This document shows positions 18,701-33,700 of a stretch of 63,018 bases of DNA, piece after piece. Both the position numbers and the translations under genes were made by a program. This DNA is from an uncultured archaeon. Its GTDB lineage: Archaea > Aenigmatarchaeota > Aenigmatarchaeia > QMZP01 > QMZT01. Each line of letters starts with the position of its first letter. Positions within the stretch are counted from its first letter, which is position 1. Where the stretch lies: assembly GCA_964347025.1 (NCBI GenBank), contig CAYFWU010000003.1, positions 8,834 through 71,851 on the forward strand, given 5' to 3'. Below the pieces are notes generated by a model. The model saw only the letters and a list, made by a program, of their open reading frames with translations. It was not told the origin of the DNA and made no database searches.

Positions 18701-21700
18701 TATGGGCGGGTAGTAGGAAACCCTGTACGTATCGTTGTATATATTCGACATGGTCTCATTGGTATACGTACCATTGGGAAGCTGTATGTAGGCCCATACA
18801 AGGTCAACTTGGTAATCATCCGTAACGTTCGCCGTTATATTGGTGTAGTTAGCAACAGCCTCTATTCCGTCTGTCGGGTATATAGAGGTCCCAATTATTT
18901 GGGGCGGTTCCGTATCCTTTATGTGGATCAGGGCAATGGCCTCGTCTATACGTGCGCTGTAAAGTTGCGTGGCGTTATCCGTTATGTTGCATTTGAAGGT
19001 CATGTCTCCCTTATCTTCCGGATACCATGTAAAGAAAACATATCCAGTCGAGTTCGTGCTCTTGCTGCCGTTGTAAACGTATCCGCTGCCGTTGTCGTAA
19101 TAGAAGTTAACCTGGTAATCGCTTATGCCTGCTCCCGATTCCCCATCGACCACCCTGCAGGTGTTGTTGAATGGGAAGGGATAGGAAACGTTGGATTCGT
19201 CCGGAGGACTTATCCATACAACATCGGCCAGACCTGATATCTCTATAATCACGCTATCCTGTCCCATGTCATAGCTCGGTTTAGTGGCTTTAGCCGTGAT
19301 ATTCCGGAAGCCTGTTTGCTGACTACCAAGGTATATATCAGTGGTTTCGCCTTCCGGAGCTATCTCTATGCCCGATTCATTGTACCATCTAACCTCCAGG
19401 TTACCTCCAGTTATGTTGTTGTTATTTTCATCCCAGACATCGGCATGTGATCCACTTATCGTATCATCCTTGTCCCATTGACTTCCGTTCAGAGGATAGG
19501 TAATGTTGGCGTAGAGGGCCCCCTTGATAGTCAAAGTGGTTGTGTTTGTTTCGGAATCTTCAGAACCAAGTTTTGTTGCATTGATGTAAATGTTATGGAC
19601 GTCCGCTTGTATATCATCAGGCGGGTTGTATAATATCTCTGTGTTACCACTGGAATCTGTTGTGTTGTAACCTATGTAGCCATAGGTTGAGTTGTAGAAG
19701 CTGACATTCGCTCCTTCGGCACTCCCAAGCAACGCTTCTTTTACGTGGACGCTTATGGTTGAGTTGTAATAATATGATCTGTTAATTGCAAATGTGTCGT
19801 TCCTGTAGATTATCGTTGGGTCTCTGTTTATAACATCTATGAAGAGCTGCCTCTTTATCCTTATCATCGTATATCTTTCCGGGACTGATGTATTGTAGTA
19901 AAGTGTTTTATCATCCGTTATGTTACACGTTATATTATACCAGCTAGCGTTCTCTGGCGAGCCTCCTCCAGTCACCCATGTCCATCTAGCCCTTCCGTTA
20001 AGGGTTGCATTCGAAAGATCGTAGTCCTGATAGGTTCCGTTCTTGTAGAAAGTCACGTTGTATCCCTCTATTGGTTGTCCTGTGTTCGCATCCGTTACAT
20101 AGCAGTCCACCTGAATTGTAGAACCTGCCTGATATTCGGTTCCGGATACCGGTTGTATATCGCTTATCTCGCTCCATCCGTATACATAGACAGTCGAATA
20201 GTTTGTATTTCCGTCGTAATTGGTTCTTGTCGCATTCACGTATGTAAGGTTTGGACCAAGCGGATAATTGTAGGGAACACTCCAGTTTGTGTCGTAACCT
20301 GAAGTGAGGTTAACCCAGCTACCGTTGTACCAGACAACAGAAGAATCATTCACAAAGTTCCCACACTCGTCCTTCACAGTTGCATTGAAATAAGTCGTTG
20401 TGTTCCTGTTGATAATGGTTCCATTTACGGGATTTACAATGGTTATGTTTAGCTGCCCTATTATGGTAAAGCTTCTGTTGGAAGGACTTGTGAAGTTTTC
20501 ATATTCGTAGCACGTATCATTCGTTCCTCCGAACCAATATTGTGTCCCCACGGTTGACCCACATCCGGGATCAGAGAAGTTCTCGCAGTAACCATTGGAT
20601 GATATACAGGAATACGTACGGCTGAAGTTCGTCCCGTTCTCTGTTACCCACATCCATCCCTTCGCACCATCAGGCCATCTGGGGTAGTCATCATCCCTTA
20701 TCCTGAACCTCATCATTTCCTCTTCGTTCCCGAACCTTCTGATGGACGAATTGCTGAATATGTAGGAAACGGTCACATTGTCCTCTGTTAACGTGAAGTT
20801 TTTCACTTCCGTTTCATCAGTGTAGTTGAACGGATCAGTAACGTTGAACTTGTAGTAGTTCAATCTCCCTGGTGTCTGATTCGAATCCGAACAAGCGAAT
20901 CTTTCATAGATGTACACATCCGTTCCTGCAGAACTCTTGGTTTCGTTGTGTACAAGAGTCCAGCTAACATTATCAAAACTCTTCCAAAGCGAGATGTTAT
21001 CCTCGTTCCAGTCTGCATCTCCGAAATAAACATGGAAGGTATACTGCCTCCCCCAGCCATCCAGCACAGGAGTTACCCACGGATTTGATAGATACGGGGC
21101 ATTACCAATGTTGAATGCATCTACTTCTGTCGTCTCATTCAAAACGTAGTAACTCCTGTATACCCTCATTATTATGTTCCAGTCACCCTTTTTCTGTCCA
21201 CTGCTATCCCAGCTGCAGTTGTACCACCCCCCTCCTTCCTGCCAGTTCCCTGTACAGTAACGTATGGTCGCACCGTTCTGCAGCCTGTATTCCTGAGGAC
21301 TTCCTCCGTGGTATCCTAACGTTGCTGAATCCACGCCATAACCCAAATTATCTGAACAATCGTCCTCAAGATATCCGCTCACGTTTACGAGATCACCCTG
21401 CAGGTACCCTACCCTACCCACGGGATAGTATACGTAAGGTCTGAGGTCTGAATGTACTTCTACTTCGTATATTGAAGAGTTTACATCGAAGTAACAGGAG
21501 TCGTTGAATATTCCACCTGTCCAGTTGTGTGTGCCTATCGTGTAATTACATTCACCAACTGGCGGAGCATCAAGGAAATAATAGTTCGTATAACCGCTGC
21601 TGTTCACACTTGATATGCTTCCCGGATCCCAGGAATTCGGATCAGATGCATTCGTGGTTACCCAGAACATCGTATTACCAGAGCCTAACGTTTGATTTGT

Positions 21701-24700
21701 GTCGTTGTCTATCATCTCCAGGCTGAGGAGAACAGAGTACGTTCCGTTCCTCCAGACCCATGAGTTTTGATGTCCCAGATAAGGCTCTACCCTGACATTA
21801 TCCCTCTCTATGCTGAAGTTGTGGGCCTGCGTACCAACCTGGTATGTATGCGTATCTGTTGCATTAAAGCTGTAACTCCAGTTACCTATCGCTGTACAAC
21901 CTATTGATTCGAAGCTTGTGTTAAGATAAATGGTCTGGTTTATCGGACCTTCCAGGGTTATTTCATTATCCTTCTTCCAGTCCTGATACTGGAAAGGACA
22001 ACCACCCCCTGATTCTACATTCAGACATTTTATGTACAACTCGATAGTCACGTTATCCAGATCTTCATCCGTTACCCTCACAGAGAAATTCCTCATTTCT
22101 CCCCATCCTGCCGGATCCTTCAGATTAGTTTCATTCTCAAGGACAGGCTTGGTTTTGATGAAGAAATGATTCGTAACGTTGGTTGAATTGGGGTTATACA
22201 GGTACTTCGAGGAGTTCATCCTTGTGTGATACCACCTTGCTTTCATTGCAGTTGTCGTTCTGTTACATTCGTAAAATCCATCCGATGGATGCTTGTAGAC
22301 CGTGCAGTTGAACACAAAACTGCTGTTTTCATTTATGAATTCTATCGAAACATTCCCGTCGTTTATGAAGTCTCCTTCACAATCACTCTCGAGATAAACC
22401 TGCTGCGTTATGTTATCTACACCTCTCAAGAACTCTTCTCCCATCTGAGGCGACGGGCTGACAGTGTAGATGGTTTGATGGAGATCCCCGTATATCTTGA
22501 GTATAAGGTTTACCGAGAGGTTCACGTTCTGGTAACAGCTATCGGTAACCCCGGCCTTCCAGGACTGGTTACCAACAGTATACTGTGGAGAGCATCCCGG
22601 GTTGAACGAGTAGTTGGCATGTCCGGTTGTGTTGGTCTTTGTGATATTTCCATAGTCCCAGCTGCTCGGGTCAGAAGAGTTCGTTGTTACCCAGAATGTA
22701 ACGTTCGTGTTGACTGCGATGGATTCGTTTCTATCCGTGTCATTGACCTGCACTATTAGCAAGGTTATGTCGTTTTTGGATCTGTTGACTTCCGAAAGGT
22801 TACCAAATGTGTATCCGATTTCTATACTGTCCACTGTTATGTTGGGACCACTCTGATTGGTGGTGTTCAACGTATTGGTCCCGTCATCCAGTTCGAACAT
22901 AAAGAAGTTCGTTGTTACATCTCCGATATCGTTGCAGTTGAAATCGGTAACAAGCAAACTGCATGTATCCTGTCCTCCGTAGACAGTTGTTGAATTCTTC
23001 ATAACCCACGCTCCACCATAGTTGTTGGTCCTCACCCACAGGTTACAGGTGACATTGTCTTCTTGTGGATCCGATATATCAACGCTGTAGTTGTACACGA
23101 CACCCCAGCCGTCCTCTCCCGGAGTAACAGAAAGGCCGCTGTAACCTGGCGGGGTGTTGTTCAGGTAGATGTAATCAGTCAGAACAGTTACGTTGTCGTT
23201 GTAGTCTGGCGTTTTCTCCACAGTCATCCTTACAGTGTAATTCCCTCCCTTATGGCCAAACGTAATCCATGTACAGTTATACCATCCCGTTCCTTCGTCG
23301 TTTACAGTCCCGTTCTCCGTGCAGTTCTCCCATCCATCAGGACCATTCAATTCGAGCATAACCAGGGAAAGGCCTGTCTGGTAACTTTCGTTTATCCCGA
23401 TTCCACTGCAGTCTGTCGGAACGCCGAATCTGAAGGTTACGTTATCACCTACAGGGATGTTTGAAGCATATGTCTGGTTGGGTTCTGTCAGGTTTGTTTT
23501 TAACTGTCCTACAATGGTTATTGGAAGTGCTTCTGTGTTGTACGGTGAAGCAGCTGAAGCCCCTCCCTTGTAACACGTATCATTGTAATACGCACCTGAT
23601 CTCCAGTACTGGTTTCCCACACCATACGAGCAATTCGGATTGAACGTGTACCTCAGATAACCGGAATTATCGGTCTGATTCACATAAGCCAAGATGTAAA
23701 CATTTGGCTGGGAGGCGTTTGTTGTTGTCCAGAATCCTCCCCAGATCCCTCCCTCCACAGTCACAGAACCCCTGTCTTCATCGGTTATGTATATTTCAAA
23801 CAATTCCGTATCATCGAAATCCCTGTCTACCGAAACCCCGTAACCAGAAGATGGAACACCCAATGAATCATCCTTTTCGAGTGTGAAATTCGCAGCAGAA
23901 CTGTTGGTGTAATTCCAGACATCTATGGATGTGAAGTTGAATTGCTTCTGGCTTGAAGACTGATTCTGGAGATCGGAACAATTGAACTGGTGGTTTCTGA
24001 ACCTGACAAGTCCGGTCTGTTCGTTCAAGGATTCATTTATCTTGCTCCAATTCCCGGTCAGATTTACGTAAAGTGAGACGTTGTTGTAATCATCATCAAG
24101 ATCGTAGAGATCTGCCCGGAACTCCCACAGCTCTCCCCATCCTCCCTGCGATCCCCCTCCACCGGATCTTATTGCCTGAAGACCTGTGAAGTACGGGCCT
24201 GTTGCAAGGTAGAACTGCTTGCTCTCGTTCCCTGTCAATGATGTTCCGTTGTAGTATTTTTTCGTGGCATTCATACTCACGTTATACCATGACCCCGGAC
24301 TCCATCCACTGTGTCTGTTCGGGGTGACATTACACTGATATATTCCATTCCCTAGATACGGAGAACATCCAACCAGCGGACACCTTTCATTTTCCTGGGT
24401 CACGTTGAAAACGATGCACGCCCCGCTGACCTGACCACAGCCGTCGGATTCCGTGATATTGGCTGTTGACGTTATGTTATCCACGCCCCTAAGGTAGTGA
24501 TCGTCTGAAAGCCACATGGTTGCATTGAGGGGTGTGGTTGAAACCTTCCATGAAACATTCGTTGAGTTCGTATCCTTATACTCACTTTCATCAACCACAC
24601 CTGCTGTCCACCACTGTGGTCCAACGTCGAATGTACAATCAATATCGTCATCAAGTTCAGAAGATAGGAATGTTAGGTTACCACCTTCTGCCGTATACTT

Positions 24701-27700
24701 GTACCCGCTTGTGGGATGGACTGTGAAGGTATTGTTATCCTTTGTGTACCAGAACCTTCCTTTCTGTGCATTGCCTATTGCCACATCTGGATCTTTGTCT
24801 ATGTCCCATATCTTCACCTTGAATGCGAACGAACCTGTTATCCTCTGGGCCACAGTTCCGTTGCCCAAAAGGACTTCTACGGACACGTTATCTTTGTCCA
24901 GGGTGAAGTTCTCCACAGGTGTGGTATCGTTGTAAGAATTTCCCCCCGTTCTCGGTTCATTTCCATCATCCGTCACGTTTATAACGTACTGTCTCTGTCC
25001 GATATCGGCGTCATCAAACCCGGAATAAATGTAGGTAACTGTTTGATTCACTCCATTTACACTGCTATTGGTGTGTATGTTTTCCCATCCTACACCACTC
25101 CTGTTAACCCATATCCTAACCGTCATGTTGTCATCATCTTCATCGCTAACGTTTATCCTGAATGTATACGTCTCGCCCCAACCCCAGTCTTCAGCGGGCG
25201 TTAGCGACCAGGAGTTGGGTTCGATCACAGGCTCTGTCTCTATGAAGAAGGATGAGGTCAATGAATAGTTTACCGATATGAGATCCGAAAGGTACGCCTC
25301 TTTCGAGGAGTTTACTATGATCTCATATCCCATTGCAGGCATCACACCCGGATTCGCGGACGTGTTGAACGTGCAGTTATAGTACCCGTTTCCTACATGC
25401 GTGATGTTCGAACAGTAGAAGGTTTGGTTGGTCTTGTCGCTTACCATACTCATCGTTAAGTTTACATCTGTCATGTTGTTTCCACAGCTGTCATTGACTT
25501 TAACCTGTATGGTTACGTTTTCACCCCTGAGATACTCCTTTCCTTGAGGTGTGATCAAAGTGTTTATTAACGTGCCGTTCATCATTATTGTGAAGTTATC
25601 GGTAGCCTCCTGTTCATAATAAAGATCAGTGGATTCCGCATACCACTTCCTGATCCCTGGCTCGTATGAGCAGTTCGGGGCGAAGTAGTAATTCCTGTGA
25701 CCTGATGAATTGGTCTGTGATGTGTTGCCCCAGTCCCAGTGCGTATCATTTAACTGCACGTAAACAGTAACATTCATCGGGACAGGAACGGATTGATTAT
25801 CGTCATCACTTACATTGACTATTAACAGCGTGGAATTCGAGGAGTCAGACGTTATGTAGACCTGGGATTTGTTTCCTAAAACATGCGCGATGCTCACGTT
25901 CGAGGGTTCCAGGATAGGGCCGCTAACGTTCGAGGTGTTCCATTCGTTCTCCTCGTCCGCAATCTGGAAGTAGAAGTAATTATCCGTGTCGAAACCTGCC
26001 GTGAAGTTAACATCACTCTTGTTGAAATCAGAGACAATGACGGAACAATATCCCTGACCGCTCGGAAGATTCGAAAATCCTTTGTTAACCCATATCGTTC
26101 CATTATCAGTGGAAACCCAAAGCGTACAGTTGGTTTCGTCATTTTCCGGATCATCAATCTGAATAGTGAAGTTAAACCACCTAGTCCATCCATCCGAGGC
26201 AGGCGAGACCGAGGGCGAGGTTTGGTTTTGAGGTTGTATGTTCTCCAGCCAGAACCATTCAGCAAAGGTCGTTAGGTTATTGTAATACTTATTCTGCTGA
26301 TCTTGCGAGGATACGTTTATGCTCCAGTTGCCTTCGATCCTCCCGGTTGAATTCCATGTGCAGTTATAGCTTCCATTTCCATTGTAGTCTATTGGCGTGC
26401 ATCCAAGCTGATCCCCAACAGTGAACACCATCACACTCTTCAGTATATTTGAATCGCTTATATTCTCTCCGCAATCCCCGAGTATGCTGAAGTTGACGGG
26501 TATCTGGTCGGTTACGTTGTAGGTGGACCCGTACGTGGGCTCGTAAAGATAGTTCATCAGCTGACCCTTGATGTAAAATATCGTCCATGTGGTTTCATTC
26601 GCATAGTAACACTGATCCCCGAAACTCACGTACCAATACTGAGTATCTGCCGTGTAAGAGCAGTTCGGATTGAATGGGTGGTTCAGATAACCGGTTGTGT
26701 TCGTGGTTGTTGTGTTGACCACATTGAAGGTCGAAGAATCGTTTGTTACATTAAAGCTTCCGTTTGCAGAAGGATTGCTCACAGGTATGCTGCCTTTGTT
26801 AACATCGAATAACCTTACACTAAGTATTTTCGTATCACTCCCCTGTCTTGCTATCTCCCAGCCAGAGCCTCCGATTATCTGGAAGGTCAGATTATCCTTG
26901 GTAAGATTGGCATTATTCACATCCGTTTCGTTCGTTTTACCCCACTGGTTGGTTGCGTTGAATTTGTAGTATATGTCAGGACCCTGCAAGAAATCAGTGC
27001 ATGTGAAATTAACAAGGTAATCCAGACGGGTCCATGATGTATTGTCAACCCTGTTCTTTGTTTCCACTTCTATGAACGGACCTCCCTGGTCGTACGCCTT
27101 CCATAAGGTCACGTTGTCCTCATTTCCTATTTCGTTATCCCTGAAGAGCACAGAGAAGTTGAAGGTATGGCCCCATCCTTCCGTGTCATTATCCACTGAT
27201 ACGTTTATCAGTCTTGGTCTCTCCACAAGCCTGAATGCGTCTTCATACAAATCCTTATCTCCGTAGAAGAATGGAGGTTTGTTCGCAATCATTGTTATGT
27301 TATGCAGGCCCAAGGTGGCATCAGTCAGGTGGTTCCACGTGCAGTTGTACGTTCCGTTGTCCATGTCAATTCCGCTGCAGAGGTAGTCATTGGCTCCTGT
27401 TATGTTGAACTGGACTGTTGATAGATTGATGTATCCGCATGTCGGATCCTCATCATGGACGTTCCCGTAAATAATGACGGGTTCTTCGCCCCTGACGTAT
27501 CTCACATCATTGACAGGTTCTAACAGTGTGTTGTTCAGGATGGATTCTATGGTTACCGAGTAATTGTCAGAGTAGGAATCGGCATAACACTGGTCCCCAA
27601 CTATCCCTCCCATCCACTTGTGCCAGCCCACTTCGAAAGTCGGGCAGTCCGGATCAAAGTATATTTCAATATAACCCTGCGCATCAGGCGCGTCAGTCCC

Positions 27701-30700
27701 TATGTCCACGAAAATCTCGCTTCCGCCACTGCTCTCATTCACGTAGAAATGACCTGTTCCCGCAGAAAGATCCGAACCCTGTAACGGACTCCCTGTGTAG
27801 TTGTTTATTGACTGCATCCTGAAATAGGTGTCGTTGTTGAACGTTCTGTTAACATAACTTCCGCTTCCGTTGGTGGGGAAATTGAACGTTACATTTCGTT
27901 TAGTGACATTTATGCTGTGTATGCTCGTGTTGTGTTTTGCGTTGTACTCATCACTTGCATTTATCTTCCAGTACCATACCCCCAGGTCAGTCCCAAGGCT
28001 ACAGGAACTGTAAAGCCTTGTTAAGTTAGCCGTTGTGTTCACACAATCAAAGCAGTACTCCGTATCTCTCAAGGTCCAGGGACCTCCTGTCGAACGTGAA
28101 TCCCACAGGCGAAGGGTGACGTTGTCATCATCATCCGTTACGTTTACATAGAACGTTATCTGCGATTTCGAGGGGTTTGAACCCCACGGAACTGTAAGTT
28201 TATCGCTGTATCCATCCGATATGACTGGATCAACCTGATGGAAGAATGATCTTTTCGTGAATGTTTTTGGGTTATAATAAGTTTTATTCGATTCAACCGT
28301 TACGTTATACCATCCCGACGGGTTGTTCGAGATATTCCATGTACAGTTGTATATCCCCTGAGTGAAGTTGTTAACGGGTGAACAGGTATCGTTGAAGCTG
28401 TTATGCAAAATAAGGACCGTAATGTTCGCGTCAGATATGTTGAATGCGCAGTCAGCTCCTGACGAACCAAGATAGTCCTTGATGTTAACCTCAATCGTAA
28501 CGTTCTCATTAGAATAGTAATACGCATCGGATGTCCCGTTAGGTTCGAGTATCGTGTTGTTCAGCCAACCATATATCGTTAGCGTGTAGTTTACCGAAAG
28601 ATTATCTTTGTAGTAGCTATCGTTATCCGTTCCGCCATACCAATCTTGCGGTCCGACCGAATAGCTACAGTTGGGCGAGAAGTTCCGGACGAGATAACCT
28701 GATTGTGTCGTGTTTTTGTAACCACCATCCACTTTCGAGGTGTTGTATGATACCCAGATACTTCCGTTTGTTCCATCGATAACGAGCGAACGGTTGTCCG
28801 TATCATTTATTAGAAGCCTCAGCATTATGGTTTCTGACCTATTCACACCCGAGGCGTTCCCGTAATCCCCATACAAGATTTCGACATCATCCTTGTATAT
28901 GCTGAAGTTATATTCAGGTCGATCCGTGATGTTATTAGCATCGGTTGCATTTAATTTGAAATACATTCCTCCATCGGTTATGTTCTCATATGTGAAGTTG
29001 TTATAGTAGAAATTGACCCATCTCGGAACCAGGCAGGCAGTGCATATTGTGTATTCCATCAAATACCATGTCTGGTTGTCACTGGAAAGCCAGAAAGATA
29101 TATTTACGTCTTGCGCATCCACATCGCTGGCATTGACCCTGAATGTGAAATTCTCCCCCCAACCGCCATCCTTCTCATAGATATAGGTCTCGTTGTTCAT
29201 ATCAGGAGGCGAGAATATATGTGGTATTATCCTGAACGCGCTGAATTTCGTTCTCGTGTTGTTGTTGTAATAGGAAACGTTTGATGCGTTCATATCAACA
29301 TCGTACCATCCGAATGACTTGTTGTTGAAGTCCCACGTGCAGTTGTACGTTCCATTCCCAAGGTTGTCTATGCTCGAGTTGCATGCAAATTCCTCGCTTG
29401 ATGCATTATTCCTTATGGTGAAATTCACGTAGGCATTGTCTATGTAAAGCGAGAAGTTACACTCATCCATCACCTCTCCTATTATCTCAAGAACGTTCTC
29501 GCTCGGAGTGACGCTCTCTTCATACGTCGAGCCATTCGGCCATGTGACGTTCGGATAGAGCGTGCCCCAGACGGTTACGTTGAATTCGCTGGAAACCACA
29601 TCATTGTAACACTGGTCGTTTAATATGTAAGCCCTCCAGTTATGCTTGCTTGCGTTGTGCGTACAGGTTGGATCGAAACGGTATACAAAGTAACCTGACG
29701 AATTCGTCTGGTTCCATCCATCCTTTATATAGTCCCCAACCTGCCAAGAACTCTGTGTTACGTTGAGGGAGACGTTCGGCGAGTTGTAGTAAGAATCCCA
29801 TGCAGCCGGCTGATTCCTTGTGGTGTCGTTCGCGTAAAGAACAAACTTTGCATAGTCGCTTCCCTGCCTCGTTACATCGGATTCGTTACCTTCACTGTAA
29901 GTAAATTGAAGATTGTCTTTGGTTATGTCAAAGTATATCTCTGGTTCACTGGCATTGGGTTCTTCATTGTATGCCTGGCCATTTATATCGGTTGCATTGA
30001 ACCTGTAGAACCTTGTGGCACCCACCTCTCCACAGGTGTACGTATTGTTAAAGCTAACGAGGGTATTGCTCGGGCTCGAAACATTCTTACATTCAGTTAC
30101 GGTGTACGTCCCACCTATTTTTTCGAGCAGGCAGACCTTAACGTCTGTGTAGTGCGTAACGTTTATGGTGAAGTTAAACAGAGAGCCCCAACCTCCTGGA
30201 TCAGGAGTGACGTTCGGGTCTTCGAGCTCGATAGGAGCAACCACGAAAATGCTGCCAGGACTCATGTGCGTTCCGTTGTTGTAGGATTCATTCCATGAAA
30301 TCATGGTCACGTTGTAGTAACCGGAAGGAGCACTTCCAGAATTCCATGTACAGTTGTAGATGTTTCCTGAATTGTTTGTTACCCACCCGGAGGTTGGGCA
30401 ATAGAAGGTATCGGCAGAAGAATTTATCTTGAATCTGACCTTCACCCCTGCAATAGGATTTCCACAGTCATCTTCAACTGTTCCGTTTAAGGGTATGAAA
30501 TCTCCCTGGTCATGGCTCACGTTGGTTATAGGATAGGTAACATTGTTTACAAGATCTCCGTATATATGTATCGGGAACTGTGCGCTTTCGCTATCGTTGT
30601 AACAACTCGCTCCTGATACGTTTACCTTCCAATAGGTATGACCTGGCATTATCAGCGGATTGCATGTTGCATTGAAGTTGTAAAAGTAGTGAGTTGAATT

Positions 30701-33700
30701 CACGTACTCGCTGATTTGTATCCAGTTGGTTTTGTTGAGTAACCAAGTCCTCACCTCGGTATCATTATCCGGATTTACTGTATAGTTGTTCAAAATTGTG
30801 TCGATGATCTGGTAGGAAAGCAGGACCTCGTGGCTCGGTCTTGAATCAGAACGGTTTATGTAAGAATCATTCCCGCTCGTTACTGTGACATTGGTGTAGT
30901 CCTTTAGAACATCAAATTCCACTGAACCAAGCGGAATGAAATCCAGTGTATCGTTCTGGAATTGATAGCTGTCATTCGCTGTTAATCTGTAATACCACGT
31001 CCCAACATCACTGTACGTATCGTTGCAGATGAATGTGTGATTGAAGGTTATGACTCCATACTGGGAAGAGTTCAATGTCCGTTCATCGTATTGAACCCAC
31101 TGCCATCCTGTCTGGCTGGAGTTCATGTAGAACTTAACAGTCACGTTGTTGTTGTCTTCATCAGAGACGTTCACAGAGAAGTTGAACGGAGATTCACCCC
31201 AACATCCGTAAATCCCTTTATCCAAGGTTACGTTATCAAGTTTCGGAACGGTTCCAAGGACAAAAACATTCTCCTCGGTCGTGATGTTCGTGTTGTAAAG
31301 GCTCTTTGAAGAGCTGAATGATACGTTGTACCAACCGAATGGGAAGCCGGAGTCTGTCGTTACCGAACACTCCCAAACCCCGCTTCCTATGTGCGAAGCA
31401 GAACAGGAATCTGTGAATCCTCCATTGGTAAGGTTGAATCTTACGGTGGCCTCTGTTATCTGGTCTCCGCAGTAGTTTTCCAGACTTCCGTTGATCGTTA
31501 TCTGCGAGCCACGTGTATAGTTATTACTTCCATCGGGATGTGTGAGGGTGTTCAAGAAACCGCCATAAAGATAGAACGTTAATTCACTCGTTAGATTGTC
31601 TTTATAACATGTTGAACCCTCGAATCCTCCTCTCCATTTATGCTCACCCAGGTTAAACCTTTGATCATTGCTCCAGCTCGTCCCGTCACACCAATCAGTG
31701 GTTGTCATAGTTAACAAGATATGGCCTGTTCCGTTTGTTGATGTCGTATAAGTACCCCAAGTTCCAAGGTTAATGGTAGTCATCCTGATCTTTCCGTCCG
31801 TATTGTTCGGATAGGTTTTGTTATCAGTGTCGTTCATTTGCACTATGAACTGCGTTGTCTGTGATCTGTTCAGAGAAACATTTTCTGAGGGCGTTATATT
31901 GTAGACATCAACGTCATCCTTTTCTATCTCGTAACCATGTATACTCGTTTCGTTCTCACCGTCAGGATTGCTGGCATTGAAGAAGTATTCCCAAGATGCG
32001 ATGTGCGAACAGTTGTAATCGTATGTGAAGTTAACCTGTGTCCAATTGATACAGTTGGTGCAGTTGTATTCATCAACCATTGTGTAGTTTTCCCAAGGAC
32101 CTGATTTCAGGTAGTGATGCCACAAGCGAATTGTCACGTTCCTCCCGAACCTGTCCCTCACCATAACAGTGAAATTCCATTCTTCCCCCCACCCTCCTGA
32201 AGATCTGCTGATGGTTTCATTCTCCAACAAAGTAGTGTAATCATAGGCTTTTACCTTGGTGAACAGATCCTGCTCCTCCTCGAACATCCGTCCGTATGTC
32301 CAGGTGTAGTTCAGTTTCGTTACCGTAACGTTCGTGTCGGGATTCAGCGTAGCATCAGCATGGGAGTGAATCCTTACGTTACGATAGACTGGATTCGGAT
32401 TCAACGAACCAACAAACCTCTCCTTCTCATCCGAATCCATCGTGTGGTTGGACCAGAATTCACCGCTAACGCTCTCGAAGGAATAGTTCTGCCATATCAA
32501 TTTATACTCACTCAAAACATCCTCTATCGATACGTTCGCTTCGCCTATTGTCAGGTTCGTCCCGCTGAAATCATAGTTAACTAACATCCTCATTTCACTC
32601 AACTTTTCATACGGTTGGGCAGGGTGGGTGAAGCCATACGAAGTCGTTGTCGTGTTCAAAGAACCGGTCGAATCTATATATGTATTATTCACGTACGAGG
32701 ACGAAGCTCTGGTATCGCGAACACCCCTTGCCCGGAAAACCTTCCTACCGGCATCCGTGCAGTTCAGGGTAAAGTTCAAGTTTGTGGAACTACCACTTCC
32801 CACGTTCGGAACGTTCCAGACAATCTCGTTGTTCGATTCGTTGTAACTTCCTCCCTGATAAACGTCCGTTACGTTACAATCAGGAGAAACGAAAAGGCTT
32901 GCATTCCACTCATTCGATGTCGGAGCATCACCTACGTTCTTTACATTGAGAGAATAGTTGTATGTCACATTTGGCTGTATACTCCTGACCTCATGCCACG
33001 GGTACTCTGGTTTCTGGTAAATAACCAACCCAAACTCCAGGTGCGACTCGCTGGAATAGTTCATTGTGGTTATGGGATATGGAATCGCTTCTTCCGTGTA
33101 CTTGTCTGAATATGAATCGGACCAGTTCAACTTCCACCTCACGTTGCCCAAGGTCGATTGTGAGGTTGGGGATTTTGCCTGGTATGTTGCAACCACATAA
33201 TCATTGTAGACCAAGCTGTCGTATATCCACCATGTTAACACGTTGCTCGTAAGGTTGGTGTAGGAGTCGTAATTTACAGGACCCTCGACCTGCGGGTTTG
33301 CAGCTGTCCATCCAGATGATACAGTTTCCCTCAGGGTGATGGTCCCTGCTGTGGGTCCGCATCCCTTGTTGTGTATGATAATCTTTGAGTCAAATACCTT
33401 ATCCTCTCCTATTGTCTGGGGCGTTTCCCTGATAATTTCAAGTATTGAAACGTTATCCCCGTTCTCTATGGTGTAGTTTTCCGTGACGCTCCTCTCGCTT
33501 GTGGAAGGATAGGTGTAATTGAGTGATACGTTGATCGTTGCATTCTCATTAGTATTCGAAGAATTGATCTCGAAAATCAGGGTTTGGCTGCCCGGCTGGG
33601 AGATTTCGACGGTCTGTGATGATGAGACGTCCCATCCGGAGGGAACTTGAACGGTAACGTTATAGAGAATGGAATCATAAAAAGGATGTGAGACCGTGAC

